Source of the DNA: Eledone cirrhosa
Taxonomy: Eukaryota
NCBI GenBank assembly: GCA_964016885.1
Contig: OZ024758.1
Span: 37,448,001-37,512,000, forward strand
DNA length: 64,000 nt
Direction: 5' to 3'
The notes beneath the pieces are model-generated. The model was not told the DNA's origin, searched no databases, and saw only the letters and a list, made by a program, of their open reading frames with translations. The translations under genes were made by a program, and so were the position numbers. Below are positions 39,401 to 52,800 of this stretch, piece after piece (the stretch's first letter is position 1; the number at the start of each line of letters is the position of its first letter).

Positions 39401-42400
39401 GAACTCCACTGTTGGTGAGAATTCATTTAAGTTCATGGTACTAGCTGTCAGAAGTAACTCCACTGTTGGTGAGAATTCATTTAAGTTCATGGTATTAGCT
39501 GTCAGAAGTAACTCCACTGTTGGTGAGAGTTCATTTAAGTCATGGTATTAGCTGTCAGAAGTAACTCCAATGTTGGTGAGAATTCATTTAAGTTCATGGT
39601 ATTAGCTGTCAGAAGTAACGCCACAGTTGGTGAGAATTCATTTAAGTTCATGGTATTAGCTGTCAGAAGTAACTCCACTGTTGGTGAGAGTTCATTTAAG
39701 TTCATGGTACTAGCTGTCAGAAGTAACTCCACTGTTGGTGAGAATTCATTTAAGTTCATGGTATTAGTTTGTCAGAAGTAACTCCACTGTTGGTGAGAAT
39801 TCATTTAAGTCATGGTATTAGTTGTCAGATGTAACTCCAATGTTGGTGAGAATTCATTTAAGTTCATGGTATTAGCTGTCAGAAGGAACTCCACTGTTGG
39901 TGAGAATTCATTTAAGTTCATGGTATTAGCTGTCAGAAGGAACTCCAATGTTGGTGAGAATTCATTTAAGTCATGGTACTAGCTGTCAGAAGTAACTCCA
40001 CTGTTGGTGAGAATTCATTTAAGTTCATGGTATTAGCTGTCAGAAGGAACTCCACTGTTGGTGAGAATTCATTTAAGTTCATGGTACTAGCTGTCAGAAG
40101 TAACTCCACTGTTGGTGAGAATTCATTTAAGTTCATGGTATTAGTTTGTCAGAAGTAACTCCACTGTTGGTGAGAATTCATTTAAGTCATGGTATTAGTT
40201 GTCAGAAGTAACTCCAATGTTGGTGAGAATTCATTTAAGCCATGGTACTAGCTGTCAGAAGTAACTCCACTGTTGGTGAGAATTCATTTAAGTTCATGGT
40301 ATTAGCTGACAGAAGGAACGCCACTGTTGGTGAGAATTCATTTAAGTTCATGGTATTAGCTGTCAGAAGTAACTCCACTGTTGGTGAGAATTCATTTAAG
40401 TTCATGGTACTAGCTGTCAGAAGTAACTCCACTGTTGGTGAGAATTCATTTAAGTTCATGGTACTAGCTGTCAGAAGTAACTCCACTGTTGGTGAGAATT
40501 CATTTAAGTTCATGGTACTAGCTGTCAGAAGTAACTCCACTGATGGTGAGAATTCATTTAAGTCATGGTATTAGTTGTCAGAAGTAACTCCAATGTTGGT
40601 GAGAATTCATTTAAGTTCATGGTACTAGCTGTCAGAAGTAACTCCACTGTTGGTGAGAATTCATTTAAGTCATGGTATTAGCTGTCAGAAGTAACTCCAA
40701 TGTTGGTGAGAATTCATTTAAGTTCATGGTATTAGCTGTCAGAAGTAACTCCGCTGTTGGTGAGAATTCATTTAAGTTCAAGGTATTAGCTGTCAGAAGT
40801 AACTCCACTGTTGGTGAGAATTCATTTAGGTTCATGGTATTAGCTGTCAGAAGTAACTCCACTGTTGGTGAGAATTCATTTAAGTTCATGGTATTAGCTG
40901 TCAGAAGGAACTCCAATGTTGGTGAGAATTCATTTAAGTCATGGTACTAGCTGTCAGAAGTAACTCCACTGTTGGTGAGAATTCATTTAAGTTCATGGTA
41001 TTAGCTGTCAGAAGGAACGCCACTGTTGGTGAGAATTCATTTAAGTTCATGGTATTAGCTGTCAGAAGGAACTCCACTGTTGCTGAGAATTCATTTAAGT
41101 TCATGGTATTAGCTGTCAGAAGGAACTCCACTGTTGGTGAGAATTCATTTAAGTTCATGGTACTAGTTGTCAGAAGTAACTCCACTGTTGGTGAGAATTC
41201 ATTTATGTCATGGTATTAGCTGTCAGAAGTAACTCCACTGTTGGTGAGAATTCATTTATGTTCATGGTATTAGTTTGTCAGAAGTAACTCCACTGTTGGT
41301 GAGAATTCATTTAAGTTCATGGTACTAGCTGTCAGAAGTAACTCCACTGTTGGTGAGAATTCATTTAAGTTCATGGTATTAGCTGTCAGAAGTCACTCCA
41401 ATGTTGGTGAGAATTCATTTAGGTTCATGGTATTAGCTGTCAGAAGTCACTCCACTGTTGGTGAGAATTCATTTAAGTTCATGGTACTAGCTGTCCGAAG
41501 TAACCCCAATGTTCGTGAGAATTCATTTAAGTTCATGGTATTAGCTGTCAGAAGTCACTCCAATGTTGGTGAGAATTCATTTAAGTTCATGGTATTAGCT
41601 GTCAGAAGTAACTCCACTGTTGGTGAGAATTCATTTAAGTTCATGGTATTAGCTGTCAGAAGTAACTCCAATGTTGGTGAGAATTTATTTAAGTTCATGG
41701 TATTAGCTGTCAGAAGTCACTCCACTGTTGGTGAGAATTCATTTAAGTTCATGGTACTAGCTGTCAGAAGTAACCCCAATGTTGGTGAGAATTCATTTAA
41801 GTTCATGGTATTAGCTGTCAGAAGTCACTCCAATGTTGGTGAGAATTCATTTAAGTTCATGGTATTAGCTGTCAGAAGTAACTCCACTGTTGGTGAGAAT
41901 TCATTTAAGTTCATGGTATTAGCTGTCAGAAGTAACTCCACTGTTGGTGAGAATTCATTTAAGTTCATGGTATTAGCTGTCAGAAGTAACTCCACTGTTG
42001 GTGAGAATTCATTTAAGTTCATGGTATTAGCTGTTAGATGGAACTCCAATGTTGGTGAGAATTCATTTAAGTCATGGTACTAGCTGTCAGAAGTAACTCC
42101 ACTGTTGGTGAGAATTCATTTAAGTTCATGGTATTAGCTGTCAGAAGTCACTCCACTGTTGGTGAGAATTCATTTAAGTTCATGGTACTAGCTGTCAGAA
42201 GTAACTCCAACGTTGGTGAGAATTCATTTAAGTTCATGGTATTAGCTGTCAGAAGTCACTCCAATGTTGGTGAGAATTCATTTAAGTTCATGGTATTAGC
42301 TGTCAGAAGTAACTCCACTGTTGGTGAGAATTCATTTAAGTTCATGGTATTAGCTGTCAGAAGTAACTCCACTGTTGGTGAGAATTCATTTAAGTTCATG

Positions 42401-43800
42401 GTATTAGCTGTCAGAAGGAACTCCAATGTTGGTGAGAATTCATTTAAGTTCATGGTACTAGCTGTCAGAAGTAACTCCACTGTTGGTGAGAATTCATTTA
42501 AGTTCATGGTACTAGCTGTCAGAAGTAACTCCACTGTTGGTGAGAATTCATTTAAGTTCATGGTATTAGTTTGTCAGAAGTAACTCCACTGATGGTGAGA
42601 ATTCATTTAAGTCATGGTATTAGTTGTCAGAAGTAACTCCAATGTTGGTGAGAATTCATTTAAGTTCATGGTACTAGCTGTCAGAAGTAACTCCACTGTT
42701 GGTGAGAATTCATTTAAGTCATGGTATTAGCTGTCAGAAGTAACTCCAATGTTGGTGAGAATTCATTTAAGTTCATGGTATTAGCTGTCAGAAGTCACTC
42801 CAATGTTGGTGAGAATTCATTTAAGTTCATGGTATTAGCTGTCAGAAGTAACTCCACTGTTGGTGAGAATTCATTTAAGTTCATGGTATTAGCTGTCAGA
42901 AGTAACTCCACTGTTGGTGAGAATTCATTTAAGTTCATGGTATTAGCTGTCAGAAGTAACTCCACTGTTGGTGAGAATTCATTTAAGTTCATGGTATTAG
43001 CTGTCAGAAGGAACTCCAATGTTGGTGAGAATTCATTTAAGTCATGGTACTAGCTGTCAGAAGTAACTCCACTGTTGGTGAGAATTCATTTAAGTTCATG
43101 GTATTAGCTGACAGAAGGAACGCCACTGTTGGTGAGAATTCATTTAAGTTCATGGTATTAGCTGTCAGAAGTAACTCCACTGTTGGTGAGAATTCATTTA
43201 AGTTCATGGTACTAGCTGTCAGAAGTAACTCCAATGTTGGTGAGAATTCATTTAAGTTCATGGTATTAGCTGTCAGAAGGAACTCCACTGTTGGTGAGAA
43301 TTCATTTAAGTTCATGGTATTAGCTGTCAGAAGTAACTCCACTGTTGGTGAGAATTCATTTAAGTTCATGGTATTAGCTGTCAGAAGTCACTCCAATGTT
43401 GGTGAGAATTCATTTAAGTTCATGGTATTAGCTGTCAGAAGTCACTCCACTGTTGGTGAGAATTCATTTAAGTTCATGGTACTAGCTGTCCGAAGTAACC
43501 CCAACGTTGGTGAGAATTCATTTAAGTTCATGGTATTAGCTGTCAGAAGTCACTCCAATGTTGGTGAGAATTCATTTAAGTTCATGGTATTAGCTGTCAG
43601 AAGTAACTCCACTGTTGGTGAGAATTCATTTAAGTTCATGGTATTAGCTGTCAGAAGTAACTCCACTGTTGGTGAGAATTCATTTAAGTTCATGGTATTA
43701 GCTGTCAGAAGGAACTCCACTGTTGGTGAGAATTCATTTAAGTTCATGGTACTAGCTGTCAGAAGTAACTCCACTGTTGGTGAGAATTCATTTAAGTTCA
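29400..43800. repeat. About 5-kb higher-order repeat, about 2.8 tandem copies (offsets 4903, 4957, 5227, 5280 bp)
   Basis: 29412->34315 and 30489->35392 are +4903. 31082->36039 and 32807->37764 are +4957. 33400->38627 and 35015->40242 are +5227. 35392->40672, 36039->41319 and 37764->43044 are +5280. Shared rare variants include GTTCGTGAG, GAATTTATT, GTTAGATGG and TTTATGTC. Confidence 0.9.
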
Positions 43801-43899
43801 TGGTATTAGTTTGTCAGAAGTAACTCCACTGTTGGTGAGAATTCATTTAAGTCATGGTATTAGTTGTCAGAAGTAACTCCAATGTTGGTGAGAATTCAT

Positions 43900-46800
43900 T
43901 TAAGCCATGGTACTAGCTGTCAGAAGTAACTCCAATGTTGGTGAGAATTCATTTAAGTTCATGGTATTAGCTGTCAGAAGGAACTCCACTGTTGGTGAGA
44001 ATTCATTTAAGTTCATGGTATTAGCTGTCAGAAGTAACTCCACTGTTGGTGAGAATTCATTTAAGTTCATGGTACTAGCTGTCAGAAGTAACTCCAATGT
44101 TGGTGATAATTCATTTAAGTTCATGGTATTAGCTGTCAGAAGTAACTCCACTGTTGGTGAGAGTTCATTTAAGTCATGGTATTAGCTGTCAGAAGTAACT
44201 CCAATGTTGGTGAGAATTCATTTAAGTTCATGGTATTAGCTGTCAGAAGTAACTCCACTGTTGGTGAGAATTCATTTAAGTTCATGGTATTAGCTGTCAG
44301 AAGTAACTCCACTGTTGGTGAGAATTCATTTAAGTTCATGGTACTAGCTGTCAGAAGTAACTCCACTGTTGGTGAGAATTCATTTAAGTTCATGGTATTA
44401 GTTTGTCAGAAGTAACTCCACTGTTGGTGAGAATTCATTTAAGTTCATGGTATTAGCTGACAGAAGGAACGCCACTGTTGGTGAGAATTCATTTAAGTTC
44501 ATGGTATTAGCTGTCAGAAGTAACTCCACTGTTGGTGAGAATTCATTTAAGTTCATGGTACTAGCTGTCAGAAGTAACTCCACTGTTGGTGAGAATTCAT
44601 TTAAGTTCATGGTATTAGTTTGTCGGAAGTAACTCCACTGATGGTGAGAATTCATTTAAGTCATGGTATTAGTTGTCAGAAGTAACTCCAATGTTGGTGA
44701 GAATTCATTTAAGTTCATGGTACTAGCTGTCAGAAGTAACTCCACTGTTGGTGAGAATTCATTTAAGTCATGGTATTAGCTGTCAGAAGTAACTCCAATG
44801 TTGGTGAGAATTCATTTAAGTTCATGGTATTAGCTGTCAGAAGTCACTCCACTGTTGGTGAGAATTCATTTAAGTTCATGGTACTAGCTGTCAGAAGTAA
44901 CCCCAATGTTGGTGAGAATTCATTTAAGTTCATGGTATTAGCTGTCAGAAGTAACTCCACTGTTGGTGAGAATTCATTTAAGTTCATGGCATTAGCTGTC
45001 AGAAGGAACTCCAATGTTGGTGAGAATTCATTTAAGTCATGGTACTAGCTGTCAGAAGTAACTCCACTGTTGGTGAGAATTCATTTAAGTTCATGGTATT
45101 AGCTGACAGAAGGAACGCCACTGTTGGTGAGAATTCATTTAAGTTCATGGTATTAGCTGTCAGAAGTAACTCCACTGTTGGTGAGAATTCATTTAAGTTC
45201 ATGGTACTAGCTGTCAGAAGTAACTCCAATGTTGGTGAGAATTCATTTAAGTTCATGGTATTAGCTGTCAGAAGGAACTCCACTGTTGCTGAGAATTCAT
45301 TTAAGTTCATGGTATTAGCTGTCAGAAGTAACTCCACTGTTGGTGAGAATTCATTTAAGTTCATGGTACTAGCTGTCAGAAGTAACTCCACTGTTGGTGA
45401 GAATTCATTTAAGTTCATGGTATTAGCTGTCAGAAGTCACTCCAATGTTGCTGAGAATTCATTTAAGTTCATGGTATTAGCTGTCAGAAGTCACTCCACT
45501 GTTGGTGAGAATTCATTTAAGTTCATGGTACTAGCTGTCCGAAGTAACCCCAATGTTGGTGAGAATTCATTTAAGTTCATGGTATTAGCTGTCAGAAGTC
45601 ACTCCAATGTTGGTGAGAATTCATTTAAGTTCATGGTATTAGCTGTCAGAAGTAACTCCACTGTTGGTGAGAATTCATTTAAGTTCATGGTATTAGCTGT
45701 CAGAAGTAACTCCACTGTTGGTGAGAATTCATTTAAGTTCATGGTATTAGCTGTCAGAAGGAACTCCACTGTTGGTGAGAATTCATTTAAGTTCATGGTA
45801 CTAGCTGTCAGAAGTAACTCCACTGTTGGTGAGAATTCATTTAAGTTCATGGTATTAGTTTGTCAGAAGTAACTCCACTGTTGGTGAGAATTCATTTAAG
45901 TTCATGGTATTAGCTGTCAGAAGGAACTCCACTGTTGGTGAGAATTCATTTAAGTTCATGGTATTAGCTGTCAGAAGTAACGCCACAGTTGGTGAGAATT
46001 CATTTAAGTTCATGGTACTAGCTGTCAGAAGTAACTCCAATGTTGGTGAGAATTCATTTAAGTTTATGGTATTAGCTGTCAGAAGGAACTCCACTGTTGC
46101 TGAGAATTCATTTAAGTTCATGGTATTAACTGTCAGAAGTAACTCCACTGTTGGTGAGAATTCATTTAAGTTCATGGTACTAGCTGTCAGAAGTAACTCC
46201 ACTGTTGGTGAGAATTCATTTAAGTTCATGGTATTAGCTGTCAGAAGTCACTCCAATGTTGGTGAGAATTCATTTAAGTTCATGGTATTAGCTGTCAGAA
46301 GTAACCCCAATGTTGGTGAGAATTCATTTAAGTTCATGGTATTAGCTGTCAGAAGTAACTCCACTGTTGGTGAGAATTCATTTAAGTTCATGGCATTAGC
46401 TGTCAGAAGGAACTCCAATGTTGGTGAGAATTCATTTAAGTCATGGTACTAGCTGTCAGAAGTAACTCCACTGTTGGTGAGAATTCATTTAAGTTCATGG
46501 TATTAGCTGACAGAAGGAACGCCACTGTTGGTGAGAATTCATTTAAGTTCATGGTATTAGCTGTCAGAAGTAACTCCACTGTTGGTGAGAATTCATTTAA
46601 GTTCATGGTACTAGCTGTCAGAAGTAACTCCAATGTTGGTGAGAATTCATTTAAGTTCATGGTATTAGCTGTCAGAAGGAACTCCACTGTTGCTGAGAAT
46701 TCATTTAAGTTCATGGTATTAGCTGTCAGAAGTAACTCCACTGTTGGTGAGAATTCATTTAAGTTCATGGTACTAGCTGTCAGAAGTAACTCCACTGTTG

Positions 46801-49800
46801 GTGAGAATTCATTTAAGTTCATGGTATTAGCTGTCAGAAGTCACTCCAATGTTGCTGAGAATTCATTTAAGTTCATGGTATTAGCTGTCAGAAGTCACTC
46901 CACTGTTGGTGAGAATTCATTTAAGTTCATGGTACTAGCTGTCCGAAGTAACCCCAATGTTGGTGAGAATTCATTTAAGTTCATGGTATTAGCTGTCAGA
47001 AGTCACTCCAATGTTGGTGAGAATTCATTTAAGTTCATGGTATTAGCTGTCAGAAGTAACTCCACTGTTGGTGAGAATTCATTTAAGTTCATGGTATTAG
47101 CTGTCAGAAGTAACTCCACTGTTGGTGAGAATTCATTTAAGTTCATGGTATTAGCTGTCAGAAGGAACTCCACTGTTGGTGAGAATTCATTTAAGTTCAT
47201 GGTACTAGCTGTCAGAAGTAACTCCACTGTTGGTGAGAATTCATTTAAGTTCATGGTATTAGTTTGTCAGAAGTAACTCCACTGTTGGTGAGAATTCATT
47301 TAAGTTCATGGTATTAGCTGTCAGAAGGAACTCCACTGTTGGTGAGAATTCATTTAAGTTCATGGTATTAGCTGTCAGAAGTAACGCCACAGTTGGTGAG
47401 AATTCATTTAAGTTCATGGTACTAGCTGTCAGAAGTAACTCCAATGTTGGTGAGAATTCATTTAAGTTTATGGTATTAGCTGTCAGAAGGAACTCCACTG
47501 TTGCTGAGAATTCATTTAAGTTCATGGTATTAACTGTCAGAAGTAACTCCACTGTTGGTGAGAATTCATTTAAGTTCATGGTACTAGCTGTCAGAAGTAA
47601 CTCCACTGTTGGTGAGAATTCATTTAAGTTCATGGTATTAGCTGTCAGAAGTCACTCCAATGTTGGTGAGAATTCATTTAAGTTCATGGTATTAGCTGTC
47701 AGAAGTCACTCCACTGTTGGTGAGAATTCATTTAAGTTCATGGTACTAGCTGTCCGAAGTAACCCCAATGTTGGTGAGAATTCATTTAAGTTCATGGTAT
47801 TAGCTGTCAGAAGTCACTCCAATGTTGGTGAGAATTCATTTAAGTTCATGGTATTAGCTGTCAGAAGTAACTCCACTGTTGGTGAGAATTCATTTAAGTT
47901 CATGGTATTAGCTGTCAGAAGTAACTCCACTGTTGGTGAGAATTCATTTAAGTTCATGGTATTAGCTGTCAGAAGGAACTCCACTGTTGGTGAGAATTCA
48001 TTTAAGTTCATGGTACTAGCTGTCAGAAGTAACTCCACTGTTGGTGAGAATTCATTTAAGTTCATGGTATTAGCTGTCAGAAGTAACGCCACAGTTGGTG
48101 AGAATTCATTTAAGTTCATGGTATTAGCTGTCAGAAGTAACTCCACTGTTGGTGAGAGTTCATTTAAGTTCATGGTACTAGCTGTCAGAAGTAACTCCAC
48201 TGTTGGTGAGAATTCATTTAAGTTCATGGTATTAGTTTGTCAGAAGTAACTCCACTGTTGGTGAGAATTCATTTAAGTCATGGTATTAGTTGTCAGATGT
48301 AACTCCAATGTTGGTGAGAATTCATTTAAGTTCATGGTATTAGCTGTCAGAAGGAACTCCACTGTTGGTGAGAATTCATTTAAGTTCATGGTATTAGCTG
48401 TCAGAAGGAACTCCAATGTTGGTGAGAATTCATTTAAGTCATGGTACTAGCTGTCAGAAGTAACTCCACTGTTGGTGAGAATTCATTTAAGTTCATGGTA
48501 TTAGCTGTCAGAAGGAACTCCACTGTTGGTGAGAATTCATTTAAGTTCATGGTACTAGCTGTCAGAAGTAACTCCACTGTTGGTGAGAATTCATTTAAGT
48601 TCATGGTATTAGTTTGTCAGAAGTAACTCCACTGTTGGTGAGAATTCATTTAAGTCATGGTATTAGTTGTCAGAAGTAACTCCAATGTTGGTGAGAATTC
48701 ATTTAAGCCATGGTACCAGCTGTCAGAAGTAACTCCACTGTTGGTGAGAATTCATTTAAGTTCATGGTATTAGCTGACAGAAGGAACGCCACTGTTGGTG
48801 AGAATTCATTTAAGTTCATGGTATTAGCTGTCAGAAGTAACTCCACTGTTGGTGAGAATTCATTTAAGTTCATGGTACTAGCTGTCAGAAGTAACTCCAC
48901 TGTTGGTGAGAATTCATTTAAGTTCATGGTATTAGTTTGTCAGAAGTAACTCCACTGATGGTGAGAATTCATTTAAGTCATGGTATTAGTTGTCAGAAGT
49001 AACTCCAATGTTGGTGAGAATTCATTTAAGTTCATGGTACTAGCTGTCAGAAGTAACTCCACTGTTGGTGAGAATTCATTTAAGTCATGGTATTAGCTGT
49101 CAGAAGTAACTCCAATGTTGGTGAGAATTCATTTAAGTTCATGGTATTAGCTGTCAGAAGTAACTCCGCTGTTGGTGAGAATTCATTTAAGTTCATGGTA
49201 TTAGCTGTCAGAAGTAACTCCACTGTTGGTGAGAATTCATTTAGGTTCATGGTATTAGCTGTCAGAAGTAACTCCACTGTTGGTGAGAATTCATTTAAGT
49301 TCATGGTATTAGCTGTCAGAAGGAACTCCAATGTTGGTGAGAATTCATTTAAGTCATGGTACTAGCTGTCAGAAGTAACTCCACTGTTGGTGAGAATTCA
49401 TTTAAGTTCATGGTATTAGCTGTCAGAAGGAACGCCACTGTTGGTGAGAATTCATTTAAGTTCATGGTATTAGCTGTCAGAAAGAACTCCACTGTTGCTG
49501 AGAATTCATTTAAGTTCATGGTATTAGCTCTCAGAAGTAACTCCACTGTTGGTGAGAATTCATTTAAGTTCATGGTATTAGCTGTCAGAAGTCACTCCAA
49601 TGTTGGTGAGAATTCATTTAGGTTCATGGTATTAGCTGTCAGAAGTCACTCCACTGTTGGTGAGAATTCATTTAAGTTCATGGTATTAGCTGTCAGAAGT
49701 AACTCCACTGTTGGTGAGAATTCATTTAAGTTCATGGTACTAGTTGTCAGAAGTAACTCCACTGTTGGTGAGAATTCATTTATGTCATGGTATTAGCTGT

Positions 49801-52800
49801 CAGAAGTAACTCCACTGTTGGTGAGAATTCATTTATGTTCATGGTATTAGTTTGTCAGAAGTAACTCCACTGTTGGTGAGAATTCATTTAAGTTCATGGT
49901 ACTAGCTGTCAGAAGTAACTCCACTGTTGGTGAGAATTCATTTAAGTTCATGGTATTAGCTGTCAGAAGTCACTCCAATGTTGGTGAGAATTCATTTAGG
50001 TTCATGGTATTAGCTGTCAGAAGTCACTCCACTGTTGGTGAGAATTCATTTAAGTTCATGGTACTAGCTGTCCGAAGTAACCCCAATGTTGGTGAGAATT
50101 CATTTAAGTTCATGGTATTAGCTGTCAGAAGTCACTCCAATGTTGGTGAGAATTCATTTAAGTTCATGGTATTAGCTGTCAGAAGTAACTCCACTGTTGG
50201 TGAGAATTCATTTAAGTTCATGGTATTAGCTGTCAGAAGTAACTCCAATGTTGGTGAGAATTTATTTAAGTTCATGGTATTAGCTGTCAGAAGTCACTCC
50301 ACTGTTGGTGAGAATTCATTTAAGTTCATGGTACTAGCTGTCAGAAGTAACCCCAATGTTGGTGAGAATTCATTTAAGTTCATGGTATTAGCTGTCAGAA
50401 GTCACTCCAATGTTGGTGAGAATTCATTTAAGTTCATGGTATTAGCTGTCAGAAGTAACTCCACTGTTGGTGAGAATTCATTTAAGTTCATGGTATTAGC
50501 TGTCAGAAGTAACTCCACTGTTGGTGAGAATTCATTTAAGTTCATGGTATTAGCTGTCAGAAGTAACTCCACTGTTGGTGAGAATTCATTTAAGTTCATG
50601 GTATTAGCTGTTAGATGGAACTCCAATGTTGGTGAGAATTCATTTAAGTCATGGTACTAGCTGTCAGAAGTAACTCCACTGTTGGTGAGAATTCATTTAA
50701 GTTCATGGTATTAGCTGTCAGAAGTCACTCCACTGTTGGTGAGAATTCATTTAAGTTCATGGTACTAGCTGTCAGAAGTAACTCCAACGTTGGTGAGAAT
50801 TCATTTAAGTTCATGGTATTAGCTGTCAGAAGTCACTCCAATGTTGGTGAGAATTCATTTAAGTTCATGGTATTAGCTGTCAGAAGTAACTCCACTGTTG
50901 GTGAGAATTCATTTAAGTTCATGGTATTAGCTGTCAGAAGTAACTCCACTGTTGGTGAGAATTCATTTAAGTTCATGGTATTAGCTGTCAGAAGGAACTC
51001 CAATGTTGGTGAGAATTCATTTAAGTTCATGGTACTAGCTGTCAGAAGTAACTCCACTGTTGGTGAGAATTCATTTAAGTTCATGGTACTAGCTGTCAGA
51101 AGTAACTCCACTGTTGGTGAGAATTCATTTAAGTTCATGGTATTAGTTTGTCAGAAGTAACTCCACTGATGGTGAGAATTCATTTAAGTCATGGTATTAG
51201 TTGTCAGAAGTAACTCCAATGTTGGTGAGAATTCATTTAAGTTCATGGTACTAGCTGTCAGAAGTAACTCCACTGTTGGTGAGAATTCATTTAAGTCATG
51301 GTATTAGCTGTCAGAAGTAACTCCAATGTTGGTGAGAATTCATTTAAGTTCATGGTATTAGCTGTCAGAAGTCACTCCAATGTTGGTGAGAATTCATTTA
51401 AGTTCATGGTATTAGCTGTCAGAAGTAACTCCACTGTTGGTGAGAATTCATTTAAGTTCATGGTATTAGCTGTCAGAAGTAACTCCACTGTTGGTGAGAA
51501 TTCATTTAAGTTCATGGTATTAGCTGTCAGAAGTAACTCCACTGTTGGTGAGAATTCATTTAAGTTCATGGTATTAGCTGTCAGAAGGAACTCCAATGTT
51601 GGTGAGAATTCATTTAAGTCATGGTACTAGCTGTCAGAAGTAACTCCACTGTTGGTGAGAATTCATTTAAGTTCATGGTATTAGCTGACAGAAGGACGCC
51701 ACTGTTGGTGAGAATTCATTTAAGTTCATGGTATTAGCTGTCAGAAGTAACTCCACTGTTGGTGAGAATTCATTTAAGTTCATGGTACTAGCTGTCAGAA
51801 GTAACTCCAATGTTGGTGAGAATTCATTTAAGTTCATGGTATTAGCTGTCAGAAGGAACTCCACTGTTGCTGAGAATTCATTTAAGTTCATGGTATTAGC
51901 TGTCAGAAGTAACTCCACTGTTGGTGAGAATTCATTTAAGTTCATGGTATTAGCTGTCAGAAGTCACTCCAATGTTGGTGAGAATTCATTTAAGTTCATG
52001 GCATTAGCTGTCAGAAGTCACTCCACTGTTGGTGAGAATTCATTTAAGTTCATGGTACTAGCTGTCCGAAGTAACCCCAACGTTGGTGAGAATTCATTTA
52101 AGTTCATGGTATTAGCTGTCAGAAGTCACTCCAATGTTGGTGAGAATTCATTTAAGTTCATGGTATTAGCTGTCAGAAGTAACTCCACTGTTGGTGAGAA
52201 TTCATTTAAGTTCATGGTATTAGCTGTCAGAAGTAACTCCACTGTTGGTGAGAATTCATTTAAGTTCATGGCATTAGCTGTCAGAAGTAACTCCAATGTT
52301 GGTGAGAATTCATTTAAGCCATGGTACTAGCTGTCAGAAGTAACTCCAATGTTGGTGAGAATTCATTTAAGTTCATGGTATTAGCTGTCAGAAGGAACTC
52401 CACTGTTGGTGAGAAATCATTTAAGTTCATGGTATTAGCTGTCAGAAGTAACTCCACTGTTGGTGAGAATTCATTTAAGTTCATGGTACTAGCTGTCAGA
52501 AGTAACTCCAATGTTGGTGAGAATTCATTTAAGTTCATGGTATTAGCTGTCAGAAGTAACTCCACTGTTGGTGAGAGTTCATTTAAGTCATGGTATTAGC
52601 TGTCAGAAGTAACTCCAATGTTGGTGAGAATTCATTTAAGTTCATGGTATTAGCTGTCAGAAGTAACTCCACTGTTGGTGAGAATTCATTTAAGTTCATG
52701 GTATTAGCTGTCAGAAGTAACTCCACTGTTGGTGAGAATTCATTTAAGTTCATGGTATTAGCTGACAGAAGGAACGCCACTGTTGGTGAGAATTCATTTA

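Noticed and set aside
44398-44655. Minus-strand ORF with a distinct N-terminus (MNSHHQWSYFRQT), also at 52583-52960
   Set aside because: It is an alternative frame of the same monomer, opened by the GTCGGAAG variant and joined through the +1 indel, not unique coding sequence.
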